64,000 nucleotides of DNA from assembly GCA_000934665.2 (NCBI GenBank), contig KZ537972.1, positions 124,001 to 188,000 of the forward strand, in the 5' to 3' direction. Made by a program: the position numbers and the translations under genes. This stretch comes from Catajapyx aquilonaris. Taxonomy: Eukaryota. Below the pieces are notes generated by a model. That model worked only from the letters and a program-made list of their open reading frames with translations. It was not told the DNA's origin and did not search any database. This document shows, piece by piece, positions 22,934-35,987 of this stretch. Each line of letters opens with the position of its first letter. The first letter of the stretch is position 1.

Positions 22934-24724
22934 ATGATGTCCCGGTCATTCTTGGTGGACTCACTCATTACCCGGAAGCCCTCGGACACCCCGTCGTCCG
23001 AAGCATCACCATCCTTTAACCTCGGGGTCACCTCCTATGCCAGTGCTGTCACCTCGCAGCACCCACCTCCGCATCACCCTGCCATTCCGCATTGCTACCC
23101 CCGGAAGCATCCGGACCTCCTTAGCCTGTACAGCTGCCCCTGGTGTCTGCCCCTGGGTCCTGCCTCCGCCCCGCTTCTGCCCCCGCTCACATCCACATAC
23201 GCTCCTCTCATCAGGCCCGTACCAGTCACCTCCGCACCTCTGGCCTCGCTCCTGAGGTCATACGCACCCCAACACCCAACCCCAACCCCTGCCGCATCAC
23301 CTGCCCTACACAGGTCAGGGGTCAAGGAAGCACCTGGACATGACGAAAAGCAAGGTATAGTATAGATCTATAATATGTTGTTGCCAAACCCTCATCTGAA
23401 ATATTAAGACAAAATATCAGATTCAAAGCAATTGGGCCATTGTCTCGAGGAAGCCAGCAAGTGTATGCGTGTAACATCCGACTGCACACGTTAATCACAT
23501 CATCAGCACTCGCTGTATTTAATTCCCCGGACACGAACCCTAGAGTCAAAGGCATCGCAAATCCATATCTTATAGGACCGGATAAATGATAGATATGTTT
23601 GCACCCAGTCCTTCCTTTTGTTGTCCATTCTTGGGTAATGGAATCGTCCAGCGGAACTTTTTCCATTCGGTCTGATGAGATGTAATATTTATTAGAGCCA
23701 TGTTCGCGTGTGGGGACGTGAAGGTGAGATTAGTGTGTTTATCAAGGGCTTTTGAGAGCAAACTCATCGATTCCAGATTCTGTACTGATCTCAAAATGCT
23801 AGACCCTGAATAATAAGCAATTACGTGGTGGCCTGGACTAATAGAGTAAATGACCACGGGGGGTCTCTTGAAATTTTTATGACCTTTGTTCCACAACATG
23901 GTGACCCTCAGGCGAAAGTTTCTCAACTGGTAATTACACCGATCGCGTTTCTGATCCGGAAACCGCGTTGACGACTCTATGGTAATGGCTAACCGGATAC
24001 AATTTCTGGCATTTACGCACCTGAACATTGTAGTACTCGACAGGTACGTTATTACTCGGGAGTAAATAATTTCTAGGCGCGGCACATGCCGCGGTTTGCT
24101 GTAATCAGATGTTCAGTCCCGTGGGAAAATTTTGGCACAGGTAATGCTATTCTGCGAAACGCGATACAAATCACCTCGTATGAAGATATATTCAGGGCGC
24201 GATTATACATTTTAGCCATGCATGGTGTGTGCCGCACGAAAGAATTGTCAATTTTGCGAAGGCTGCTTTTGGAAATTGATGACCTATGCGCACTTGTTGA
24301 CTACAAATATTTACTAACAACAAATATATTAATAAATATATTTACCTGTTCTTCCATGTTAGGTCCGAAGCGTCGTCCGTCTGAGGAAGAAGATGGTGGA
24401 AGTTGCAGCAGTAACAGCTCTAAGAGGATCCGTACTGCGTTTACCAGTACTCAACTGTTGGAACTGGAAAGAGAATTTGCGTGCAACATGTACCTGTCGA
24501 GATTGAGGCGGATAGAGATCGCTACGTATCTCAACTTGTCCGAGAAGCAGGTCAAGATCTGGTTCCAGAACAGAAGGGTTAAGTACAAGAAGGAGGACTC
24601 CGGGAGTGCAGCGGACAAGGACAGTAAGTGCCGGTGCCTCAGGACGTGTGCGCCGAGAAGCGTCTCTTCGCCTGCTCAGGTCGAAGGTCAAGGGACGCAT
24701 AAAGACGACGGATGCGGGTCGTAG
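22934..24724 (+). CDS. Gsx: ParaHox Gsx / intermediate neuroblasts defective (ind) homeobox protein, two coding exons
   Basis: Exon 1 is 22934/22937-23354 and starts (M)[11 protein letters not shown], the Gsx N-terminal SNAG/eh1-like motif. A phase-1 intron runs 23355-24362 (GT...TTAG). Exon 2 is 24363-24724 with homeodomain [59 protein letters not shown] and a downstream CRCLRTC motif. Confidence 0.96.
24419..24598 (+). other. Gsx: Homeobox (60-aa Gsx-class homeodomain)
   Basis: Diagnostic Gsx residues [29 protein letters not shown] and [10 protein letters not shown]. Confidence 0.97.
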
Positions 24725-26649
24725 TTGGAACTGTGCCTTTTGAATGAACAATCCGCGGGCAGAGTAACAAAACATGTACCAAAGTTTCTCTGCCAAAGCC
24801 TTTGTACACCGTGCCTTGAACTCAAGGTGTGAATATGTGATGTCCGTAGTGTAGTCACCATTTTTGTTGTAAGTGCTCAAATTATATACAAGTCCATCCA
24901 ACCCAGTGCCTGATAATGGACTTGGATACAAAAGGTTGTGTGTCTAGCTCTTAACTCACCTCGTCGTTTACGCACGATGCTTGACAGTTTGTAAGACTGA
25001 GCACAAGTGAAAAATGGCGAGGATATGTAAAACCAGTGTGCACTTAACAATTTTATTGCTCAACTTGCATTTTTTCGTCCCATTTTTTTGATGTAAATAC
25101 TACACAGCGCTGTGACTGACATTTTGTCCTCTATATACTCTCCCTATACCACCCACCAAATGTGTACATATAAACTGATTGCAATCTCCATTCTCTTGTT
25201 TTCTATTGCTCACCCACCTTACCTATTCCGGAACTTGTAGCTTTGATCGCGTAACCGCATCGGACCCACACCTACAATTAGTATTCACTCAAACGGCCTG
25301 AGGTCACCGAACAAGAAAGAGGCTTGATTGGCCACCCAGAAAGTCAACCAATATGTCCGCAGATTAAACTCCTCCGGCCACCAACCCCCCTGATAGGGTA
25401 TTGCTGTATATATGCAACCGTCCCCTTTCCCTTGATTTTATTCATCAACGTGAATTTGGACAAGGATGAAAATCGCTTTGAAATATTGGCTTCAATTTCG
25501 ACCCTCCCCTCACCCTGTAGTCGCTTTATTGACAAATCATTATCGCTGCAACATAGGGTTTGTATTAATGAGCAAGTTTCAGGGGGGAAAGGGGAGAAGG
25601 ATTGCTGCGTCATAAAATGGCCTAGGGGGATTATTAATTGGGAAGTTGGGAATTAGGGGTAATAGCTATTAGCGTTATAAGGCGACATTTATTGAGATGT
25701 CCATTTTTTGACACTTCTGAAGCTGGAAGTGTGTCACTGTACTGTAATAAGTGCGTGAGACGCCTCGAGAGTGGCTAATTACTCACATGCGTGTTACTTG
25801 ACAATTCTGAGAATATTGCTATCAATCATCAGTACAACACACGTGCATTGTCTCGCTATTCCGTAAACAGTACCATGAAAATTATGGGAAAGTTGCCTAC
25901 AATATTGTCAGCTATTTTTCGGATACAAATATGTCCAGTCACTATAGATATTACCCAACAATTGAAAGGGTGCTCACAAAGTACTTGCAACATGTACCGC
26001 AACCAGTAATTAGATATCCGGGGGGGAGCCAAACGTATTTTAAAAGGAGAGGGGGGGGGGGTTCCATTCTTTTGAATGGCCATCAAAGCAGAAGTTTACA
26101 TCCATCTGGTGTCATTAATTGAATTACCCTCGAGAGTAATAAGCTGGAAAACGGTCCCTCCCTCCCTTCTACCAAACCCTTGCCTAATTGCTAGGGACTT
26201 TTTGTAGTTTGGTATCCCAGATAGAGAGATGACTCGGCAATGCAAAAACCTGCAGAGTCATCTCATATATATCCGGACCAGTCCCCTCCTAGCACTTGAG
26301 GGGCATCAAAAAACCCTTTTTGACCAATTGCGTTTTGTAATTAAAATGGCTTCTGGTACAAGCTACAGGGTGTTCAAACTATTTAAAAGTCATATGACGC
26401 TACGGCCAGTTCATTAGAAGATTTTTGTTCGGGTGGCCCATTACGATCTTTTCCAGGTGATTTGCATAGACGCGACTTGCATGCTGAGGACCCCTCAGAA
26501 CATTTCGCGATTCGATTCGCACTAGGGAAGCCCATCCTTTGGATAGACCAAAAAAGGGAGGGGTGAGCATAAGTGCGACTAGAACAATTGTGGGATCTGA
26601 TTTATAGGCGGACCGCAACATCAAAAAATGACTCCAACGGTTATTTTCA

Positions 26650-27015
26650 ACCAGGTGTCTGACTTAATAATTAATATGCAAAAAATATATATCAGGATGT
26701 CGTTTTTGTCTGGAGATGGAGTGTGTCACATTTTTCTCACGATAAATCAGTAGAAATGGCGGTCTAAGACATTAATATTTAAGCAGGTGGGAATGTGGAT
26801 GTACTAATATTGAAAGTTATTACGGATTCGATTAAGAGCCACTCAAATGTCGCAGGCTCTTGCAAAAACTAGTTTCACGTTTTCCCACGAATTAGAAAGG
26901 TGCGCAGGTGGCCATTTTTTCTGCACTGTTGTAGTGTACATAGCGGAGGACAATTGAATAATGATAAAATACTGATAGGGCTAAAAGACATGCGAATGAC
27001 ATATACGCAGGTGGT
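26650..27015. promoter_or_regulatory. Candidate Notch/proneural-type enhancer downstream of Gsx
   Basis: Su(H) sites TTCTCACG 26734, GTGGGAA 26787 and TTCCCACG 26882. CAGGTG E-boxes at 26652, 26784, 26905 and 27008. Confidence 0.45.
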
Positions 27016-30000
27016 GTGAATGTCCTCCAAAATTTGCTATCGGGACTATTGCCATCTTGGGCGTGGACAAGTTTGGCTGATTTATGTTGAGGTCAGCAGG
27101 ACTTTATGTACACATTTTGAGATGGATTGTTATTAGTATTCCAAACCTTTTTTGGTGACAAAGAGAGGCGTGATAGAAGCCTATTAGGCACGTCAGAAAC
27201 AGAGACCCAAAATGAAGAGCGTGTTGGTCCCATCGGACCCATAGACGGGTTTGGAAAAGAAGGGTGGGTTTGAGAGGTACCCGAACCCAATTGGGGAGGG
27301 GACACCCCCCTGAAAAAGTTTTCCATGACAAAACCACACTCTGTCAAGCAAGCTGTCCTGTCACTTCTGTAACCATGTGACCAGTCCTTTTAAACACCCC
27401 CAAAAAAAAGTAACCGGCGATTTGTTATTAGAAACTGAGACAAGCATGTGGACATGTGAAATCAATCGGATGAATCTGATTTAATTAACAAAGTTGGAGT
27501 GACAGCCATTTTGTACGATGTAAACGGTATCCAAGATGGCGAGCACTTGAAAATATGAGTGACATGAAGAGCTGCTGACACTAAACAGCACCCTTTTTTT
27601 TAAGTCTGAAGGGTACTGGATGGTAGGCGGGTGTCCCATCCAAATAACCCCCTGCTGATGTGGCCAATGCATTTCATTCAAAAAGGTTGACGCACAAGAG
27701 ACTCTTGTTGTCACCATGCTCGATTATATAGCTGTCATGGCGATGGGCGGGGGGAAACCTGGGGAAGGTAGAAAATTACAAGGCGGTCTAAGAGGGTCTA
27801 AGGAGACTAATTTTGGTCGCTCAGATCGAAATTGGATACAGTGGCTAGGAAGGGGTCAGAGGTCACCGCCCACGCTGGGGACACATTTTTTAGTTTGAAT
27901 ACAGGGGGGACAAATTTTCCACTTAGGGTAATGCAAGTTGCCCATTTCCTCCTCATGTGAATAGGGTGGTATAAAAGCTTTTCAGGCGTTTCCTGCCCCC
28001 TTTTTTTGGGAGGTACCGGTAACGGAGTTTCAAGGTGTGTCGAGCTTATCATTGAAGGCACGCGCTTGAGTTTCAGATTTTGGGAGGTACCGGTACAAGA
28101 AAGCGGGTTGAATTTCACGTAGATTGCACATTGTCGGGCTTTGTTTAGTCTACTAATCGTGCCGGAAGGAGCAGCATGCGCCATCTACTGATTTGCTTCT
28201 CAACATACTCTACAACCCCATCATTTTTTCGAATTGTACAGTACTTCCTAAGTGTATGTCCACAATTAAGAGTAATTAAATACAATCTAACGTAATCACT
28301 TGTGATACCCCCCAACAAATGGAGTTCCCCCCAGGGAGTGACTGTGACTCCCTCTCCGATAAATAATATCTGGTGACCCCCTCCGACATCCGCCGTTCCA
28401 AGTTGAATTTTAATCTGCAACGTGGTGCCGAGTACATAATAAAGCAATGACTGGCGAAGGAGGGGTCTGCATATAGCACCTGCATATGCACCCCCCCTTT
28501 TATGAAAATCCCTTTTACCGTCACGCTCTCCCAGCCTGCGACAAAGGCTAGGGGCCTATGAAACTCTAGACGACGTCGAGACCCCCTCATACTCTTAATC
28601 TCTATAATCTCTGCGACGTAAAAAGGAGACCGGTCATACGAGTCGTCCAAGGAAAATTAGACAGCGCCCCCTTAAAACGTATTTTCTAGCCCCCCCCCCC
28701 CTGTACCCAAAGGGGGTCAGGTTCGCACCCCGGTCCGGGCTACATGATGACGGGGGGGACCAACCAGAGCGAGTGGCCGAATTATAACGATACCCATCAA
28801 AAGGCGATGTCGGCTCCTTCACGTGTCATGCCGAGCGTCTAATCAGGACCGACTTTTGTTGTGTGGTTGGGTCCCCCAGTTGTCTGCTGCACCGGTGAGG
28901 GCCTTATTGTTGTCCGGATGGAATTTTTGGAGAAAAGACTGGGGGGAGTTGAACGGGCGAGTAGCACAGGAGCATCAGAAATAAAAATATGTAAACACTA
29001 AATAAATTAATGTACGATTTTAAAATCGATTGGTCCGTCGAATATTGTTTGCACGATGCTTCAGATTGGTTCCCGTTCTGCGCCGGCGCAATGGGAACAG
29101 GCAGCGCCTCTGGTGGATAGCAGGAGGAAGTAGTAATTAAATTAAATATTACAGGCTGCCGGATGCAACCGTTTAAATTCAAGTACAAGCTAGGCTAGTA
29201 CACGTGCGTGTGTCTCGGTCTTTTGTCAAGAAAATAATTTACATGAATGTGCACACTTCCGAGAAGAATTTTCAATTTTGAGGACGTTTCCATATATAGG
29301 GAGAGAGGTGCAAAAGCAGGTGAAGGAACTAGGAAGCAGATGTTTCATAGGCAAGAGGCAATCTTTCTCCTTTTCCGGACCTTTTTCTGGGTGTGCTGAT
29401 GGCCTCACGTCTTTGAACACTGTCGACACAACTACACCTGCCGCTTTAATAGGAAGGATTCGTGACTTACCGGAATCTACGTGATCTATTATTGTACTTT
29501 CCAGAATATTTATCTGGACAAGATTGCCTCTCCCATTAAAACATCTGCCACTAAGTTGGACAACATTATTTTTTGATACATGTTATCTACATTGTTCCAG
29601 AGAGCATATTGCTTTTTCATGTATTACATTCCAAGTAATCACCATCATAGAATCATTGAAATATTTCTACCTCTACTTATACGATTTACTGTTCGTTAGC
29701 TCTTCTTCCTATATAAAACCGGTCCACTCCCATGACGTCATTCTAACATAATCAAGCGCAATTAAGGAATCTTTTAGAACCCAAAATAATCAGTTCTGCA
29801 ACCGCAAATTAGTCAATTAATCACCTTTTGAAGGCGGGAGGGCCCGTCCTTGTAACGAGAGCAGGCTGGCACGTGCCTTGAAATTATTACATGCACGTTT
29901 TAAGACAGGAATTTAAGGGGCGGGCAGCTGACACCACGTGATTTCCATTGGCCCTGGGGCTTACCTGCTGCAGCTGCTGGACCTTACCTGTTCTATCAAG

Positions 30001-33000
30001 GTATTATATTATTTGCGAAGGTGGCGTGGGAGGGACTATACTAGGTACAGGTGAGACATAAGCCTTGAAAGTAAGTCGCAAAAAAAATGTACTGGACAAG
30101 TTATAAAAAATGGGGTGGTATTGTTCTGGCGTGACATGTTCTGTATTTAAATAGCCAGTAAGAATCAGTTTAGATCTTGGTGTAAAGTACAAACAGTATT
30201 GTGTGATGGGAGGTGTATGAATATTTATGGGGGGTTATTACAATGGATGGGACATTAATGTGTCCAGTCGTAAATGACGGGATGGACTCTTCCTAATTTT
30301 ATATTTACATGGCCCGAGGGAGAGGATGAGTCGATAAAAACACCTGCCCCTTGCCGAAAAGGAAGGTTATGGCTGTCTTTTTGGTTTATGGTGTACCGCC
30401 CACTTAACACGTAATAACTGAAAATGGTGGAATAAACAATGCCGCATAAAATATTGCGAATTGAGGCGTGGAACAGAATGACACTGGAAAAATGCAAGCT
30501 GCTGGTTATATTATACTGAATCGTCTCAATTAAGAGTCATAAATGCAAACAATTACAGTATGTGTCACATGTCAATTTGCCACTAATCGGTTGCAACATT
30601 GGAGACATTTGGCCACTTTTTCGCTCGAGCGACACGACTAAAAGCTGTTTTATCGCCTTGAGGGTACAATGGCTTTGATATTTGTGTTGGGTCAAATTAG
30701 GCAAAGTGAGTCTGACGAGTGACGTGGAAAACGAACGCTTCTGAATGTATGTTAGACCCCTGATGTTGAATAGGTGACACGCGAGATGGATGAGAACTTG
30801 CGGTCCCTTTTGACCTGTAGGCAGATGAAACCGGTGCTAAATGACGTGCAGAAAAGTTCGAGTCCAGAAGGACTGAAAGGAACTCATTTTTTTTCATGTC
30901 CCCAACGATTCATCACTCATGATCGTTTTCGGCCTCATTGACCACTTTAGCTAGTCCTCGTCACAAGCTGTGGGTTACGCCTCCTTTACGCCTGTCCACT
31001 CCTATTTTCGGACCCATAATGAACGAGCATTGTATAGGGTGGTACACAAGTATCCAGCTGAAAGTTGCAACCGTACGCAATTTTTGGTTCATTTGCATCA
31101 TGCAATTGGTACAGTACAAATATGTGTTACTATACAGCAGATGTTAGACTCATCAACTCCAGTTCCAATAAGCCGACAAATGGGATGATTCTATGACCTT
31201 TGGGTTCTGCACCCTCATCTCCCCAAGCACCATCTTCGGTGATTAATGATACGCACACAAGTCAACACATCTTCCGGACCAATGTTACGAATCGACAAAG
31301 CAATCCCCAATACGCCATTTGGGGGTGTCGCGCTGATTGATTTCATGATGGCAAATCCACAAATGCATAATCCTCCCCTGGGTTTGAACTCAGGACCTTC
31401 CCAATTCGGTTAAGTGCACAATTACACGGGGTTCCGACCTGAGCTGTTGTGCAAACACTACTTTAAAAAAAAAAACGAGTCACGTGATTGGCTCCCCTGC
31501 TGTGGGAACAATTTTGGGACAATGGATATATTCTCTTTGCTCATCCACAGACCACAATAGACCACTTGATTACGCAACTCTGAAGTTGGGCAACTTCTTT
31601 AAAAAGTTTCTAACGTGCATTATATAATTTGAATATTTATTACTCGGCTCATGAGTGGTTATCCGATAATTGAAAGGGACGTGAAGTGGCCCTTGAGGCG
31701 TAATAAGACGCGGGACTGCCATGCCAAATAGGCTTTGACGGATGACACGTGCCGGACGGGAAATCCTCGGAGCGTGTCACACGTGACCTCTTCTGGTCCA
31801 TGCCCACGGACCACCAGCTTTTTGACCAAAGAACGCACGCCCATCGAGGTCATTCCCAGGCTGGGGGGGATAGTGACGCCTTAATAGTTTATAAGCTACT
31901 TTGAGGTTGCCCGATGTCGGCCATCTTGGGGCCAAATTTATTGCAATTTTGACAAAACATTGACGTTTCCGAGTTTTCGGCGGCCATCTTGGCGCGAAGT
32001 TTTTTTGCAATTTTGGCAAAACGGTCCAGAATTTTTAGACACTTTTAAGTTTCCATAGTGTATGGGCAATGTGCTTAATGGCTACGTTGACAGCTTGAAT
32101 ATATAGCTGTTAAAAATATCTTTTAATCAGCATTGTTGCAACGCGGCTACAACCATCTTGACCAGCCTAACAAAAGCAAATAGAAACAGCCGGTGGGCAA
32201 TAACTCTTGCCAAAATCCGTGACCGACACTTCCATATGATAGCCTAGTTTCAAAATCGAACTAAAGGGGGGAGGGAGCCATGTCACAGCCAGTTCCTAAT
32301 CCAGTCCCGGATCGGCGACGCCATCCCCATGAAACGCACCCGAATGGATTTGCGCCGGATATTATCCAGATTTATCGCCCGGAGCGAGATCAGGGATACT
32401 GGATATATATATAAAAAAAAGGTGGGGAGAGGGGGGGGGGAATAGAAACAGGATAGAAAAGAATTCTAGAGAGTTTGGTAGGGAGGGAGTGATTATAAAG
32501 CCCTCTCGACGCAGCAAATCGCGTCGCGTGAATGGGCTGTTGTGAGCGTTTTCTTTGAAGACCGGCGCTCTGCCTCGGGGCGGCCTCGAGGCATATTTGA
32601 CCTGTCCTTTTTTTAAACCCGAGGAAGCCGCCCTTTTTTTGTTTCCCAGACGGTCACATCAGTGCGTATTGACCATCTAGTAGGCTTGTGGGTTCTGAGT
32701 TAGGGTAGGTCTGACCCGCATTTTAATTGGGTACAGTGACCCGTGATGACATAAGGGGAAAATCATTCCAATGCAAATGAACTGGCGGCTCTTCTTGTAC
32801 AACTTATTACTTGGGGGGAAAAACCAGATAGTCTTGGGCAACTGGCCATGTGTGCTTACAAGTCATTGCGGTTTGTGCCCAAACAAATTTGCAGCTACGC
32901 CGCCCACAGTATGATCTAATTCGAGATCATTTGCATAACGCTCGGGGAAGGTTTTTCAATAGGAGGTCTAACGTACGACGATAGACGCCGCCGCATATGC

Positions 33001-35987
33001 TGTTTTGCGGGCAGATGTCGTGAAATTGGAAGTTTCTCCCACAGATTTTTTTCCAATGTGATTTTAGGAGGGGTAAAAGAGGAATTTTGGTGAAGGATGG
33101 GATTAAGGTCCCTGGCTGACTGTTCCAATTAGGAGCAGGGGATGTCGTGGTTGGTGGAATGGCATGCTTCCAAAAGCCTTTCCTAATTAATCGGGACAAG
33201 TGGAAAATCTCGTGTTTCGGACGGATACAATAAGTTTGGCGGGGTAAATTCCTTGTCGATGACGCTGCAATCATTGCCAGGGCTTACAGGCAAGGTTGGA
33301 TGGGATTAATAAGGTGAGAGTGGAGTATAGATGCTGACTAATTACTGTCTGACCAATGATGTCATTTGTGCACGTGCATGATGATGTTTTCAGGTGCCAT
33401 ACGAATCTTATTATATAAGATGATGTCTACAGCACGGTATACAGTATACCACTCGTATGTTAGTTACTTTATTACAAGCTTGATAAGACTCGGATGTTTA
33501 ACATGCGCCTATTTGTACTGTACATCACAACGTGAAATACTAATAAGTGAATAACATAAGTAGAATAATTTTGTAAAATGTTGCAGATTATTTTCAGGAC
33601 TTTATACTGTATAACTACAAAATCTCATAATATAGTGGAAACTTGAAAGGAGTTGCTTATGATGTGACATGACTTTAGACTAGGTGCCTATTACGATACA
33701 ATCTCTCCCACAGTTCATGACTTCCAAAATCATGCCACGTCATGACAATACCGGTAACGTATTGTCACTCTTTAGCAAAACGGTCCAGTAGCTTTTTGCG
33801 CTGAGCAAATTGTTATTGCCACTTTCAGAAGTGCCAACTTCGGGTACAATTTATGTAATGTGTGTTATTATGAGTTGTGGTCATTTTTTAAAAAATGCTA
33901 TTAGTGAAAAAATCCGCATGTCATACCTAAATATTTTCTTAGTTGTTTACTTCGCTGGAGTCTTCTGTCGCTATGTCATAAGGTGATTACTCGGGCAGTC
34001 ACATCTTGAGTTCAGTGACCATTGGAATTAATGGCTGTCTGATAACCCCTTTGTTTCCTAATACATAAAGCTTAAAGTGCAAATAAGCAAATGACGAAGC
34101 AAACATGATTATAAATACAATGCGTGTACCTCCTTTTATTAAATAATTTTAAAATACTTTATATATGAATAACGCTTAAGTTCTCCAATTACATATGCCA
34201 ATGGCTTTAACTGCATTTATTCGTATTTTCCCCAAAATAGCAGGCTTCGCGACAACGGAAAAAAAACCCGGACATACACATGGTCAACGACATAAAATGG
34301 CAAACATTTTCTCAGATATTTCTTTGGTCCACTCCTTATAAATACACTAACTACATCTTTAATTATTCAGCAATACAGTTAACTGTGAACGCTTGAAAAT
34401 ATACTTGTGTAATAACTTGGGCCCAACAACCCGCTTGTAACGATTTATACATTATTATGACATATATTCACCATGTAAGCACATAGAAGTAAAAGCCATT
34501 GTTAATTAATTATTATTTTTTGTTCTAAATGTAAGACACCGAAACCATTTTTGCAGGGGGGGGAGGTGGGAGGGTTGGGGATGCGATTGTCACAGCTGGC
34601 AAAAAAAAAAAAAAAGGTCCTCTGGGAAAAAAACCACGTAGTGTCATCTGTGGGCGCCACACAGAACATAAAAGTCCACCTGGCGACACTATCCTTGAAC
34701 TCGCATTTTTTTTTTTTTGTAAATTATTTTTTATAGTAAAGTTCTAGCTGGTATAAAAGTCGAAAAGGTCAGCGACAGTGCAATTGGGAGGGGAGTTTCA
34801 GAAGTAACAATATGACCTCTCTCTTTTTATTATAGTTGCATCCGGTCTGAAGCAAATTCAAGCTCAGTTGGAAGTGAATCACGTGACACTAGATCAATTC
34901 GCGATAGGTACGAAAAAAAGCACATTGTTATCATTGGCCCTAGATTTACAACAATTTGGGGCAGTTCGCTCTCCGATTGTAAACTATTGTGCATACATCA
35001 GCTGCGCAGACTTTTTTTTTGTGATAAATAAAAATAAATAGGGGAAACATAAACACTTGAAAGCCAATTGCATCAACACAAATTAATGTGTACAGGTATT
35101 TACAATGCATTTTTTAAACAATTTGCCTAAATGCAATTGGGCAGCTGTTGTGTGACATGTAATTAGCTTCAAAGGAGAGTGAACTAGCCCTCATTTTGTG
35201 ATATGAGTATCATGCTTGGTATAGTCTTAATGAGACCAACAAATTAGTGGCTCTCGTGTACATTTCATCACAACAATTTTTAATACCCTTTTATTTTTAA
35301 ATATCAAACTCGGAAGTGATGGCCTGCACTTCTCTCTAATATTGCATATAACGGAAGTTACTGTACAAGCAATAACCACACTCAGAATAAATATTTCGTA
35401 CGGACTAATGTTATTATCATGTCAATAGTTGATTGAAGACTTATTTTCAAAAAAATGTTGAAAGTTCTTGGGGAAGATAGTTACTTTGTAATGCCAAGGA
35501 AATGATTGTCAGAATTGCTAACATTAGTTTGGATTAAATTCTAATTAGCGATGACTTCATTTTTTTTTTTGCAAACGGCCACACATTTGGCAGTAGTTGA
35601 AGCAAGCTACTTAATAATCAGAGCAAAAACTGTGACTGACAGTCTTTTGAAAATAAGTTCTTCCACTCCTGTCCACTTGGTCAATGTCGCACTTTTTGTG
35701 TTGTGTGTGTGTATGTGTACGCGTACAAAAAAAACAAACAACGGCATATATTCTCCATTTGCATTACCACCTGAGGACATACATTTTAATACATTTTTTA
35801 ATACCTCGAGTATGACGTGCGGCATGACAAGGTCGCATTAGCGTGATACAGTGTCACTGTACATAACCGTAATTAGTCTCTCAGTGAATGCGATGGTGAG
35901 TGTAATGAGGGACCGTCGCAGGAGGGGTCAGACGGGCGTGACCCTTGCCCACGAGGGCGGCGTCCCGGGGCGGCCCCGGGTAGACCC

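Noticed and set aside
24086..24362. N-terminal 92 aa of the 212-aa ORF 24086-24724
   Set aside because: Intronic read-through upstream of the true acceptor at 24362; the conserved Gsx N-terminus is in exon 22934-23354.
24359..24931. 190-aa minus-strand ORF overlapping the Gsx homeobox
   Set aside because: Antisense shadow of a GC-rich coding exon with no recognisable protein features.
31340..31430. B-box-like GAGTTCAAACC on the minus strand (also GGTTCAATTCC at ~44815)
   Set aside because: No cloverleaf can be built; at most a decayed tRNA-derived SINE head, not a tRNA gene.
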